Assembly: GCA_964270895.1 (NCBI GenBank)
Contig: OZ185440.1
From: Podarcis filfolensis
Lineage: Eukaryota
DNA: 64,000 nucleotides
Direction: 5' to 3' (one strand)
This document shows positions 51,705 through 64,000 of this stretch, in pieces. Within the stretch, counting starts at the first letter, position 1. Each line of letters begins with the position of its first letter. The notes beneath the pieces were generated by a model that had not been told where the DNA came from, did no database searches, and saw nothing but the letters and a program-made list of their open reading frames with translations. Position numbers and translations under genes: made by a program.

Positions 51705-53891
51705 GTAACTGACTGCTTCCTTTCGTTAAAACCCAAACCAAGACTTAGTTTGGCTACCTCTGTTACTTAGCTGACCTGTGTCAAGCTCTCCTCTAACTTC
51801 ACTAGTGAAGCTTGTTTCTCTGATTTTTAGAAAGACAAACCTGCTTGATTTTATTACACAAAATCATTCTTCAAGTCCTTCCTGTTTCTGACTGAATTGC
51901 ACACCAAGCAAGTTGCCTTTTAGTCCTGGAGGAGAAATATCTATAAAGCATCTCTAGTGGGGTCACAAAACATACCATAATTATTTTTTTGCTCCTGACA
52001 GCTCTCTGATGTTATGATGCATTTTCCCATCCTGATTTACTCACAGGACACTGGACAAAATCCAGAGTGTCCCTTACATGACCAGAAAGCATGTCTTTCA
52101 AATAAGGACAGTCTCCTTAACCTCCTGGCCCATTTCCCATTCTGCTTGAGAGGGACCACCAACTCCCAGGAACAGTTTTTCGGATTGTTCAGGAAGGGTG
52201 AAGGTGTGAAAGCCCCTTTGTGCAAGCAAAATTCTGCTCCTGGTTTTCTGGATCCTACCTGTATTTAGACACTCTTGGGGAAAGGAATAACTTGATTTAA
52301 AGAACAAGAGACTAAGCTAATGATACATATGCTTGGGAGCTTTCCTGAGGATTCTCTGAGACATCATAAAGATCAATGCTGAAGAAAAGTTTTATAGTTG
52401 AATTTGAAAGCTTCTTGACCAGTTGACCTCAGGGAAGACTTCCAGCTTGTCTGCACAAACTGCCAATCACATGGCAAAGCTGTATTTGGACTGTACCACT
52501 TGAGACCCACAAGTGGAGAAATCATTTGAGTGAATGTTTTTTCCAGGTTCCTTGCATTTAGAAAATTAAATAGGCAGGCAGAAAGTTTCAATCATAGTAG
52601 TTTCTCTGATGTGCTCATTTTCTATATCCACATTCCTGGAGAAAAGCTTGAACGTGCAACTCTTCTCCCACCTGTAGTCTGAAGTGGTCAGATCCAAAAA
52701 TTATTTTACCGTGTGATGAACTATTTGTGTGGCTCAGGCCTTATTTTTCTAAAGTATTCTGTGCAGATTTCTATAAAGGCTATGACTTTCTCATTATCTT
52801 GTGAACTTAAAGCAAGTTCCAAACAGATAACTTATTCCATGTCCATGGCTTGAGGATAATGGTGTGGTTTAACACAAAATTATCCACCTTCCTCCTCCAC
52901 AAAATTGCAAGCCTACCTATATCGAGTATATGATTATATTTTGCTTGACTAAACCACCCTTTTACTTTTCAGGTTATTTCTGACAAAAACCCTGAGGTCA
53001 TTTTGGTTAGGTTGGTTTACAGCCTGAATCTGTTTTATTAATCAGTGGGGTGTTCTTTTTGGCTTTCATAATATCTAACCTGGCTGCTTCAGTTGTTAGG
53101 ACTGACAGCTTTGACAGAATGATAACGACTTGTTTGCCTTCAACTCCCCACCCCCCAACTCACCTGTCCCATTATTCTTAGCTGAGCTGAACAATCTGTC
53201 AGTCACAGCTTAGGCGAGTGGAGCTGCAAACCTTCAGCTTCAGATCATCTTACTTAGTTTGCCGCAGATCATACAGCTTCTGCTTTTCATTCCTTTAGAG
53301 CAGAGATGGGGGACCTGTGGCCCTACAGATGTTGCTGGGCTGGAACTGATGGGAGTTAGCATCCAAGAGCATCTGCAAAGCCATAGGTTCCCATGGCTTT
53401 AGAACAAACCCATTATTGCTTGGGCTGAGAAAGTTTCCTGACGTGACCTAGCACAGGGCATCTGAACCTTTAAATAGGCAGTGGGGATGATGGGAATTTT
53501 ATTTGGAGGGTTCCATCTATATGGCTTCATGCACTTCTTCCCCAGTCACCCATTGACTATTTGTATTGCACACTTTGTTTCCTGAATTCCATTATTCATA
53601 TGAAGGGTTGCAAGCTCTATTTTGTGTAATTGTACATGTAAATCTTTGCCTTAAAAATTTCCTGAGCCCTAGCCCCCCCCCCAAATCTAATAAACTTGCA
53701 ACTCAGCAGGGTCTTTTGAGGGGCACTCTGCTCAGAGGATTCTCCTGCAAACTTGGCACAGAAGCAAACTTGGCACCCCAGCCAGGGCTTCTAGTCTGAC
53801 AGTGCATACTGTTGAACTTGTGACACATCAGATATTTCTTGGATAAAACCTTGAGTCTTCTCTGGTTGGCCTGAGAAGCATCCATCTAGGC

Positions 53892-54033
53892 CCAGGGGGG
53901 GAGATATGTGGGCCTCCAGATGTTGCTGGACTTAGGCTCCCCCATCCCATCACGCCTGAACTTTGGCCATGCTGGCTGGGGTTGATGGGAGCTGGGAGTC
54001 CATCAGCATCTAAAGGAGCACAGGTTCCCCACC
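53892..54033. mobile_element. Old hAT-like palindromic MITE remnant; related remnants near 50215-50300, 53301-53395, 61205-61320, 62585-62718
   Basis: gggcctccagatgttgctggact...gggagtccatcagcatct, homologous to the 23741 family. Confidence 0.55.
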
Positions 54034-55067
54034 AATGAGTTGTGTCTCCTGATTTTCCCAGGCGTAACATGTGACTTGAATATTTGTATAGGCTATCCTC
54101 ACCCTAGTGCCTCCTTCAGTTTAGTCCTTGCCATTGCCCAAATATGACTTTTTCCCCTCATTTCCTTCTCTTCTCTGGCTTTGGGCTCAGGTTTACTCTA
54201 TTTCTTTCATACACTTTTCTCCCTTTGCCTTTGAAACTCAGCATTTGCCCATTCCTCTGCAGATCACAGCAAATGCCACTGTGGCATCCAGGAATCCACT
54301 AACATTGACATTATTGATGCTGCTGTACCAACATAGTTGTCTGCATTTATTCTCGCCTGGCTTTACAATTTAGAGCTGTATGTATTTGTAAAGGCCTCCT
54401 TCAGAAGAAGTATTCTCTAGAACATTCAGCCTCCACCTTAGAGGATCATTTATATTTCTTCAGAACCTGCACTTAGATCTCACCTAGCCTCCCCAAGTTG
54501 CTCTATCTCCCGTGGCAACCTAAGAAACAAATAATAGCTCACATACCATGAATGGGCTTTCTAGGCTGGTACGGGACGACAGCTACTGCCACACCATTGT
54601 CTGCCATGATGGCTGCCTGATGTACTCTTTGCTTCAAGCTTAGTCATGGATCAAACTGCACAGAGGAGCTTGGGTGAGGAGATTATTCAAGTCACTTTTC
54701 TCTGCTTTGGGCAAATCAATAGAGACAGCCCTCTAAATGGATATCTTCTTATGCCACTCACAGTAAGTGAATCAATGTTCCTTTCTAAGTGCGGTGCCAT
54801 AAGTTTGGTATCTAAAGTCCTGGTAATCACTTCTGCAAGTTTGATCCTTGCATGCCTATCTGAAAATGTAAATCCCAGCCAGCTCTTCTATGAAACTTTA
54901 GTCAAGGTTAAAAAAAGGCTTGTTGGACACCCAGTGAAGTGTGTTAGACAGAGACTCTGCCTTGGTATCTAGAACTCCAGTGGAGACAAAAGTCTATTAG
55001 CTGTTTGCAGCTTGTCAGCTCCACACCTTCCATCTCCTGCTTTCTGTTTGTGTTTTGCCTTCCCTAG

Positions 55068-55162
55068 ATTGATGCCAAGAAGGAACAGCTGGCGGATGCC
55101 AAAAGAGAACTGAAAAGCGCCAAAGCCGATGCCAAGGTCCGAAGGGATGAGAAATCTAAAAA
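55068..55162 (+). CDS. TOP1: DNA topoisomerase I exon 19 (linker)
   Basis: ccctag|ATTGAT...TAAAAA|gtaag; IDAKKEQLADAKRELKSAKADAKVRRDEKSK(K). Confidence 0.98.
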
Positions 55163-55761
55163 GTAAGTCACATTGCTGTGACACTCACGTGTATCCAAAC
55201 ACTTCTCCACGGCGTTCAGGGAAACCAGCTTTGCACAGAATGAGATTTCTGTTCAAGTGGCTCACCTTGTCACTGGGATGGTACTATATGAAGGGAAGAA
55301 AAAAACCTCTTTACTTCCTGCCTAATTTTATACATCTCTGCCATGTCTCCCCTTACTTGTCAGAAAAAAACCTTTATCACACAGTGCGTAGTGGCTACCA
55401 CAGTATGTAGTTTTTAGACTGCTTTAAAAAGAGAATCAATAAATTCATGCCTGTTGTGAAAAAAAGCTATCAGTGGCTACTAGTCATGATAGCTGCAGCC
55501 TTTCTTCAGGATCAGAGACCACATGCCTCTGAAACACCAATAACTGTGGAGCAACTGAGGGAGAGGGCTGTTGTGTTCATGGCCTGTTTATGGGCTTCCC
55601 AGAGGCATCTGGCTGAGCACTGTGGGAAACAGAATATTGGACTAGATTAGCCTTTGGTCTCAACTAGCAAATCTGTTCGGGTGTTCTTCATTCCCATAGA
55701 AAGAAAAGCCATTTATAGTTCCCACCTGGAAAAAAAAGTCTTATCTCCTTGTCGCTCACAG

Positions 55762-55911
55762 GACCGTAGAAAGTAAGAAGAAAGCAGTACAAAGGGTTGC
55801 AGAACAGCTGATGAAATTGGAGGTCCAAGCTACAGACCGGGAGGAAAACAAGCAGATTGCCTTGGGGACCTCCAAACTAAATTATCTGGATCCTAGGATT
55901 TCTGTTGCCTG
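55762..55911 (+). CDS. TOP1: DNA topoisomerase I exon 20 (active-site Tyr)
   Basis: tcacag|GACCGTA...GCCTG|gtaag; [49 protein letters not shown](W) (Y723 equivalent). Confidence 0.98.
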
Positions 55912-56086
55912 GTAAGCTCTTGCCTGTTGGGGAAGAAAGAGTAGCCTCCATCCTATTGCCTTGCTTCAGTCTTTGAAAGGAAAAGAGGCATTGGTTCTGC
56001 TGGGTTTTGTAGTTGTTTGGCTGTACACACCTCTTGCTGTTCATCCTTTTTATTCCTCTCCCTCTCTCTCTCTCCCCTCTCTCCAG

Positions 56087-56189
56087 GTGCAAGAAATTTG
56101 GAATACCTATAGAGAAGATCTATAACAAAACCCAACGGGAGAAATTTGCCTGGGCAATTGACATGGCAGATGAAGACTTTGAGTTCTAA
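56087..56189 (+). CDS. TOP1: DNA topoisomerase I exon 21, coding part with stop
   Basis: ctccag|GTGCAAG...TTCTAA; [33 protein letters not shown]. Confidence 0.98.
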
Positions 56190-57530
56190 CCTGATTTTAA
56201 TGGGCTGAATCTTATGAATGAGAAGGGGAATAGCCTGGTTTTAGGGAGATTGATAAAACTGTGAGCCTTACTTGTCCTTTATATTTGGGGGAGGGGAGGG
56301 GGGTGTCGGGAGGGGAAAGCGAGTGTCTGATGAAATACCCAACATCTTTGAGAAAAGATAGGCCTGGAAATATTATAGAGTTGCTGAGCCAGTTGTCCTA
56401 TGGACAACTTATTTAAACCTGTTTCAGAAACCCAAATTCTAGCTGTATGGTTTGTGTTTTTGTCTCTGGAGGGGGAGGACAAGTGGATGGGGGAATTTGT
56501 TAACCTTCTGCCAGGCAAATTCACCATTACACTGAGGAGCTTGGAAATCATTAGCTACTGTATACAGAATCCAATGAGATATTGGTGTGTTTTTACAGTT
56601 AGGGTTTTGCAATAACTTCTATATTTTAATAGAAAATGGATTCCCTTAATTTCCCGCCCCGTCTCCCTCAATTAATTTAACACAACTGAAGCCCTCTCAG
56701 CACACTGGCTCTGGCCACAACAGTCATCATGGAAACACCCAGTTGTTTTCATTTTTACTTGCCACCATCATGGTATTGAAAACCTATAATAAAAATACAA
56801 CATCTCTTCAAAGCAAAGCATGATGGGAAGATCCTTCCTGACTTGAGTGTTATTTTCTTTTTCTTTCTTTTTTTGTTAATGTGAATTTTTACTACTTTTA
56901 ATTATTTTAAAATATTTAAGCTTTTTTTTCTTCTTGATCTTAAAGATCATGTAGATTTGCAGGGGGTAGGAAGGAGTGGGCTGGGGAGGGTTGATGCATT
57001 ATGAGTACAAATAAATTGGTAACAAAATGTTTTCCCATCATACTTTGTTCTGAGTACATAATATATATATATATAGATATATATATATCAGGAATATCCA
57101 CATTTGTGGGTTTTGTTTTGCTTTTTTTGGCAGGGTTGTTTTTCTTTTCTCCCTCCTTTTTTTAAAAAAAGAAAACTCCATCCTCCTCTCTTTTACTTGA
57201 AAGATTTTATTGTGTAAAAAGAACTTTCACAGGTCAATAAAATTTTGAGGGAAGCGAGCTTTGGTCCAAAAAAAAAAAAATTAAGATCTTAGGTCTTTTT
57301 ATTTTTTTTCTTTTGTAATTGTGTACAAAAACTTTAAAAAAAAATTAAAGCAGAATTTTAATGTGAAACCTTTTTTGCTATAATCCATTAGTTTTAGAGG
57401 CATTGTTAGCTTAGTGTGGTGCAAAAACAAGTTTCCCGCAGTCTTTCCTCAACAAGTATCTTCTATTTTTATCATGAATCCCCTTTTAATCAACTGTAGG
57501 TTATTTAAAATAAATTCCTACAACTTAACG
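56190..57530 (+). other. TOP1: TOP1 3'UTR
   Basis: Follows the stop; contains blocks I recall from mammalian TOP1 UTRs (ctgagccagttgtcctatggacaactt; aaaataaattcctacaacttaa). The 3' end is inferred from the distal AATAAA. Confidence 0.75.
57509..57514 (+). terminator. Probable main polyadenylation signal; additional AATAAA at 56788, 57010, 57236
   Basis: AATAAA after a U-rich upstream region, followed by GU-rich ctgtgtgttcttgt at ~57543-57556. Confidence 0.7.
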
Positions 57531-60500
57531 CAATGCCAGCATCTGTGTGTTCTTGTACCCAGAGAGCTGAATGGCTGGCTGCAGGCCAATAGCTGTCAGG
57601 AGATGCTTTGGGGAAGGATGTGGGGTGTGGAGGCGCTCTAGGATGAAATGCCCGAGGAACTGTGGATCGGAGGCACAGTCAAGATTCCATGTGGCCTTCT
57701 ACACCATAGACATTGGCAGCCAAATAGTAGATTGCCAGTTCTCTGGGTATTTTTATACAGTGCCTTGCATGTTGGATCCTACATATATATCAAGTTATCT
57801 AGGGGCAGCCTGGTTCTGAAGATTTCCCTCTAGCTCCAATCCACAGCCAGAACAATTTTTTCATGGCTGGTTCTTGGCACTCTTCTCTAGAAGCAAACAA
57901 GGACAATTGTTTAGGAAGGAAGCGCTGTATTCTTCAAGATGACTGTAGCTATACTTTTTATAGAGATCAGACCATTTGCTTTCTTGACTTGGAGAGCCTC
58001 AGAATACTGCATCTTCCATGTGTCTTGCTTTCAAGAGTTTGGAGAGCTAAGGCATTCTCCAACATGAACTCAACGCTAGTCAACCTGCTTTGACAGAGTT
58101 GACTGGTATGTCATCTTGTGCCTTTGTACAAAAGACAGGACACATGTTCACTTTTCTTAAACTGGCACTTATGGCCTGCATCAAGAATCGGGTATGCTTG
58201 AAACCACAAGAAATTGGAGCCTCAAAACCACCAATATTCAAAGGTATGGATAATTGGAAACACTAGCCATACACATCTAACCACATATAGCTGTCAGATC
58301 TTGGGTAGCACTCAATTTGCTGTATTACAGGTGCTAATCTGCATTCTAGGACCATTGACCTTGCTGCTGTTTGGCACTGCCACTCCAAATGAATCAGGCA
58401 TGACAGCAGCCCCTAGGGCCTTTTTAAATCCCCTTTTGAGGTTGGTTTATCTTAAATTTGCACATTCAAACCAGATACTGAAATGAATGTTTCAGAATCA
58501 CAGGTTATGTAAACAGGTAAAGGTAAGGAGACTCGTATGTATTCTGTATACCTGCCTCACCTTCCTACAAATTCCATTTACATAGCAAGAAAATACTGGC
58601 CCTGTGAACAGAATAAATTTTTTATACAAGTGTTTTTATGCATGCATGCTCGGTTTGATCATTTTGCTTGTTAGTCAGAATTTCATAAAAGGCCTAGAGT
58701 AGCCTTCTCTAGGACAAATGAAGGCGGTATAAAGAGAAGCTATAGACAGGAGATCTGTCCACCTCTTGACCACTGGAACTGGTTTGCTTTGATGCCTTTT
58801 AATAAAAGGGTTCAGTATATTCTCCTTAGCAGTAATCTTTACAACATTCGGATAAGGTAGGGCAATACTTCCATGTTGTAGATGAGAAGTTATTTTAATC
58901 CTTATTGGGGTGTTCTCCTACAAACAACAAAGGTTCCAAATCACATAGGAAATTTACATGCATATAGCTCAAACCTTCCTCCTCCCAACACATAGAAGGG
59001 GCACGGCAGAGGTGGCAAGGTCAGCAAGTGTGGGCAAGTCTCTTTCAATCATTTTGTAATTGTGAGGCATCCGGACAGGGTTATAGCACTTTGCCTCAAG
59101 CCACCCAGCCAGTGACTTCACAGCTCACACACTTATCCACTGCTGTGCCAGATTTCACTTGGTACACCATGATGAATATATTCTATCACTGTGGTTACTC
59201 ATCACATTGCCCAATGGGCTAGCAAGTGGAATTGCACCTTTATGCAATGCAAGTAGCAACCTCAAGTTGCTGGCATGGACCTTTGGACTGAACGGAGCAG
59301 TTGACATGGTTTATATTTGGGTAATTCAATAGCGATAGTGAATGTCCAGGGATGGATGGCGTTGGAGTGCATCAGCTCCCCATCACTCCAACAGCTTTAG
59401 CCAAGGTGCTGTGCTCATCCCTCTGTTTCTAATGGGGAATTTCTTCCCAGTTAGCTTGCATCTAACCACTGCATTAGAAGCATTTAGCGAAGGTTTCTAC
59501 CTAGCTGTGTCTTTCCCACAGTAATAACTTCAAAAATCTCCTTTGGGAGATCCCCCTTCCCACCTCTTTTTAACTTTAGTGGTAAATTTGGTGAGAGCAG
59601 CAAATATGTAAGTTCTCTGAAAACAGCCTTATGTCTCTGAAGTTGTAACAATGTTGCCTATTATAAACACGTTTTCTATTTTTACATGTTCTCCCCCACT
59701 GACTCCAACCGCATCCCATCTTAATCAGATGCGTTAGATTATTCTGTGCCTGAAGTTATTGACAGGAAGCTCAGAACAAGCCTGTAATCCCAGGGGAGTG
59801 TGTTTCCCACCAGGGGTTCCCTCCTCCTTTTGTCTGCATTTAAGGCAAGTAGGAAATCCATCTGTTTCAAGGCCTCTCGATACAGTGATGCATTGGCCCT
59901 TGGTGGAAACAATGCTGCCAAATGAGAGATAGCAACAGTCTTGGAGAATCTATTCCATAAATAGTTAAGAACCAGCAGCTTCTCTAGCTTCAGATCCAAT
60001 TAAGCCATGAAGTTGTTTCCCCATCATTTTGCAGTGTAGAAATGCATCTCTTCTCATCCAGTCATTTAAATAAGTTCAGAGCAATCAACAGTCTTTTAGA
60101 TACGTTTGTTGTATTTTGACATTGTTTGCGATGTTTTCTGAGCCCACTCGGGTGGTAAACAAAAGTTTCTCAGGCTCTTAACATTTGACAAAAATCCTGA
60201 ATCTAAACATTCCATGTTGACATTTGCTATTTCTGCATCTGGTTTTGCGTGTGTGTGCTTTGTAGTGCTTCCATAATTATGTTTTAGTTAGGCACAGATT
60301 TTGCCATTAGAATGGTGAATATTGACATGCATACACATTTCCCTGTCCAAAGCTTGACCACAAACCAAAAATCACTTTCTACAGCATACAAAAAAAAAAC
60401 ATAATATGCACCTAGCCTGGCCTAGACCACTTCTAGTTGGCATCCATTGGAGTCAACAGGGTTGGATTTGGCCCCAAGCACTCAAAAGCAGCTTAGACGT

Positions 60501-60589
60501 GGAGTTCACTGTCCCTACATTGCATATGAGCATAGGAGCCAGCCTTATACCTTCAAACTCTGCACCCATGGTGAAGGGCTGCTAAGTCA

Positions 60590-60850
60590 TGATAGAGAAT
60601 CTGCTTTGTATGTAGGAAGTTTACTGTTCAATCCCCACCGTCTCCAGGACTAGGAATATTCCCCAGGCAAAGCACTGCCAGTCACTAGAGGTGGCAGTGA
60701 GCTAGATGTACCAAAGGTCTGAAGGCCACTTTTTTGGCTAACTGACAGCAGTGGTCCAAGATTCCACTTTTTCCCATCCCTAGCTGGCTACTGAACGTGG
60801 GACTTTCTGTTGGCAAATCATGTGCTCTACCATTGAACTACAGTTCTTGC
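60590..60850. mobile_element. Degenerate Squam3-like SINE copies (sense, then antisense head)
   Basis: gagaatctgctttgtatgtaggaag...gttcaatcccc...ctgccagtcactagag...gagctagatgtaccaaaggtctga, then ctgaacgtgggactttctgttggcaaatcatgtgctctaccattgaactac. Confidence 0.55.
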
Positions 60851-63743
60851 CCAACTTAAGCTTAAATTTGGAGTAGGGGAGAGAGAGCATGGAGAAAGTG
60901 TACGCAGGCCTGGCAGCCTTGAAAAATATAAGTATACATGCTAGCAATTTAGCTGCTGCTCAGGCAGTCTTTCAGAAGTCACCCTGCCCTTAGCAATAAA
61001 TTGGAGCCAAGATCAGATCAGCAGTACCCACAGCTATCCAGATGCCCTCATGATGGTAGGTACAGGAGAGTAAGGAACTTGGTTTTCCAGTGCCCTTGCT
61101 GCACCCTTGAGTGCCTGTGGTGATAAGTACAGCAAGAGGGCTGAATCACTGCCTTCACCGCCATTCATTTGAATAATCCAGCATATCCCTGAAAACACTG
61201 TAGCTCAGTCTTCACCAATGTAGTGTCCTTCAGGTTTCTTTTGGACCACAACTCCCAACCAGTATCTGTTTGGTCAGCCTGCTGAGAATCCAGAATATTT
61301 GGAGGGCACCATGTTGGCAAAGGCTGATGCTTCAGCTGTACGCAATAAGATTGAGGGGTGTGTGATACAGATGGCTCCTCCATCAACAGTGTTTTCATAC
61401 ATGCTTTGCTTTCCGTGTTTCTTCACCTTTGAAAAGCTCTCCCTATATGCCTGAGAACATTGGCTGGATATAAAATGACTGTTCATGACCTAAAGAAGAT
61501 AAATGCCTGAACTTGTACAGTGAATATTCCAAATTAGCAAAACAAATGGACTATGTACCAGTGCAGTACTGGGTTCACACTGTCAGGAAGATCATTTGCT
61601 CACAAAATTCCATCTGATGTAACCAACAATGGAAGCTCCAGACATTCATGGAGCTTCTAGTTGGCATCATGTATCTGCACCTTCATAATTTTTGTGTGCG
61701 CACACAGTTGATTTTTCATAAAACAATTTGATGGAGTCTAATAGCTAAGCATTCCAAAATTCTCCTGTAGCAAGGAGATAATATGGTCCCAGGGTGTGGT
61801 CTATAGGTGGCGTGATGCTACCACCTTGCTGGAGCTGAGCAGGTCAGGCTTGTCAATGCCTGGCTGGGAGGCAGACTTCCTGGACTGCATGTATTGGGTT
61901 TCACAATGAAAGAAAGGTGTTCTATAAATGTAAGAAAATGCTTAAATATTTGACCTCTGATATGCTGACCAGAATATGCCAGAAGCACTTCATTGGACAA
62001 TGCCAGAGCTATGTGGGAGGACAAAACGTTCTATTTATAATGCTCTGTAAATAATACAAAAGAAGAAAAGGCATTGTAGGCCATTGCTATCTGACTCCCT
62101 GTGTGTCTCCAGGAAGGGGTGTGAGGATGTGAAAAGAGTGCAGGAGTGGCTTTGAGTCTTTCCGGAGAAGGACCTAAAGAGATGCTTGTGATTAGAATCC
62201 ATCTGGTCAAGAGCTGTGTCCTACAGTTTCCGTCACTGGAGATGGTGGGTGGAAATGGAAGTTATTTCATAAAAACGTTTAGAGCAGCAGAGAAATGTGC
62301 CAGAAGTCATGTAGATGTCACAACCATTTTTATTCTCCCCATTCCCACCATCTAATATCAATGGAAGTGTCTCCCCTAGCACAATGTTCATGTTCTAAGC
62401 TGCTTGATGTACCCAATACATTTTACTTTTGCCCTTCCTCTGAGGAGTGCATTGTGTATGCATAGTCCTCAGTCCCCATTTTATCCTAACAATAACCCTG
62501 TGAGGGAGGTTAAGTTGAGAGATGATGACTGGCCCGAGGTCCTCTAGTGAGTTCCATGGCCAGTCCTAGTTTGGCACTCTAGCCCAGAGATGAGGAACCT
62601 CTTTCCCTCCAGCCGTTGGACTCCAACTCCCAACAGCCCCAGCCTGCAAGGCTAATGGTCACAGATGATGGGAATGTAGTCCCAACAAAATCTGGGGTGC
62701 TACAGTTGTGCCAACCCTCTTTTAACTACTGCATCAAGTTGGTTCTCTAGCCTATCTTAACATCTTACTTCGTGGTTGCACATGACTCATTTTGAAAACC
62801 CTAAGGAGCAAGCTTGCACAAAACCCTGACCACTTGCATAGTGGGAGAAATACCAGCTCTAGCCTTCCTCTGAACAACTTTGGTCAAATGACAGCAGATA
62901 ATTGTGGAGGCAAGGAGTTCATTCGGCGACTGCAGCGTTGAGTGATGAACTGCAGGCGCATCAGCTGTGATTGACTGCAGGATGTGCACTTGTGTGAACC
63001 AACCCAGAGAGGGTAAGCAGGGAGATTGTGAAAATAAATATCTTTTGATTCTTGTATTTTATAAAAAGGGAACAAAAGCAAAGCTAATGCTTACAACTGG
63101 TGTAGTGTCAAGAGGTGGTATGCCTCTGAATATCACTTGCTCGGGAACGAGTGGGAGAGGGCAGCCATGCTCCCATCCTTCTTTGGGGTTCCCTATGGGG
63201 CACCTGCTCAGCCACTGGGAGCAGAAGACTGGACTGACCCAGCAGAGCTTTTATGTTCTTCACACCGCAGCAGCACTGCAACAGGGGCAATGCACTCTAG
63301 GAGCAACGCACTGCAGAGACCAGTCCTACGTGATTCATCAATGCCAGGGAGGATCCATTATGTGGACACTACTTGGGTTGGCCTGTACATGGCAACGGCA
63401 CATGGAGCCATGAAGCCTGTGTTTCAGAGTTCTTGCAGGACTTGGCTATAGCGGTGGGTGTGGGTGAAGAATTAACTGTCTGTCTGTTCCCTAGCACTTT
63501 TCAAAGGGCCACGGTCTTTGCTAAGTAATCTTCTAGGGACCGCATGCCAGTGCTGGGCAGAGCTAGAAGCAAAGTGGGTGGAACAACAAATGTGAATTTT
63601 TACCTTTGTAGAGTCAGCCAGTTTCTGCACACTGTTGCACATCAAGACAGGCATATGCACACAAGGAAGGTCCCAAGCTGGGTTCTTGGCTTTAAAAAAA
63701 TCTATAGCATGGCACCTAAAATTAATCTTCAGTTTTGCTAATA

Positions 63744-63985
63744 CAGTGGTACCTCGGGTTAAGTACGCTTCAGGTTACATACGCTTCAGGTTACAGACTC
63801 CGCTAACCCAGAAATAGTGCTTCAGGTTAAGAAATTTGCTTCAGGATGAGAACAGAAATTGTGCTCCGACAGCACGGCAGCAGCAGGAGGCCCCATTTGC
63901 TAAAGTGGTGCTTCAGGTTAAGAACAGTTTCAGGTTAAGTACGGACCTCCGGAAAGAATTAAGTACTTAACCTGAGGTACCATTG
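63744..63985. mobile_element. Tc1/mariner MITE, same subfamily as 4615, opposite orientation
   Basis: TA-flanked; TIRs cagtggtacctcgggtt / aacctgaggtaccattg. Confidence 0.9.
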
Positions 63986-64000
63986 TATAAAAAAACCTGC

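Noticed and set aside
55901-55903. Ser at the position of human Thr729, a camptothecin-resistance site
   Set aside because: As I recall, Ser is also present in yeast Top1 and TOP1MT, so it is probably ancestral rather than a resistance adaptation.
36580-56189. Identity as mitochondrial TOP1MT
   Set aside because: The K/E/H-rich nuclear N-terminal exons 3-8 splice in frame, and the core and 3'UTR match nuclear TOP1.
58480-60010. Possible neighbouring gene exons downstream of TOP1
   Set aside because: Manual translation of parts of this stretch and the ORF track gave only short frames with no recognisable protein.
62967-63451. 148-aa and 104-aa ORFs
   Set aside because: Overlap degenerate SINE-tail remnants; no domain.
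1-64000. CRISPR arrays, operons or prokaryotic defence systems
   Set aside because: The sequence is an intron-exon vertebrate locus; its repeats are microsatellites and TEs, with no repeat-spacer arrays.

Overview
Eukaryotic (vertebrate) DNA, most likely a lacertid lizard, judged from its Sauria/Squam1 SINEs, BovB RTE LINE and squamate MITEs. The window holds most of the nuclear DNA topoisomerase I gene (TOP1) on the + strand: coding exons 3-21 (20438-56189, 2243 nt, all GT-AG introns, one continuous frame, catalytic R/K/R/H/Y pentad intact), a ~1.3 kb 3'UTR ending near 57530, and ~6.5 kb of downstream sequence. Exons 1-2 were not found and presumably lie upstream, so 1-20437 is read as intron 2. 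Exon numbering and human comparisons come from recalled human TOP1 structure, not a database search. The introns are rich in TEs (BovB, L1, L2, CR1, several SINE families, Tc1/mariner and hAT MITEs). I found no novel multi-gene system. The most notable unexplained structure is a young BovB copy whose 5' part plus ~430 bp of flank appears inverted after insertion (target-site duplication now in inverted orientation, 6-bp inverted microhomology at the breakpoints). Other leads: clustered 3'UTR regulatory candidates (miR-23/27/24 seeds, a CDE-like triloop hairpin, a G4), a MITE carrying a promoter-like motif cluster before exon 4, and a MITE with nested long palindromes.
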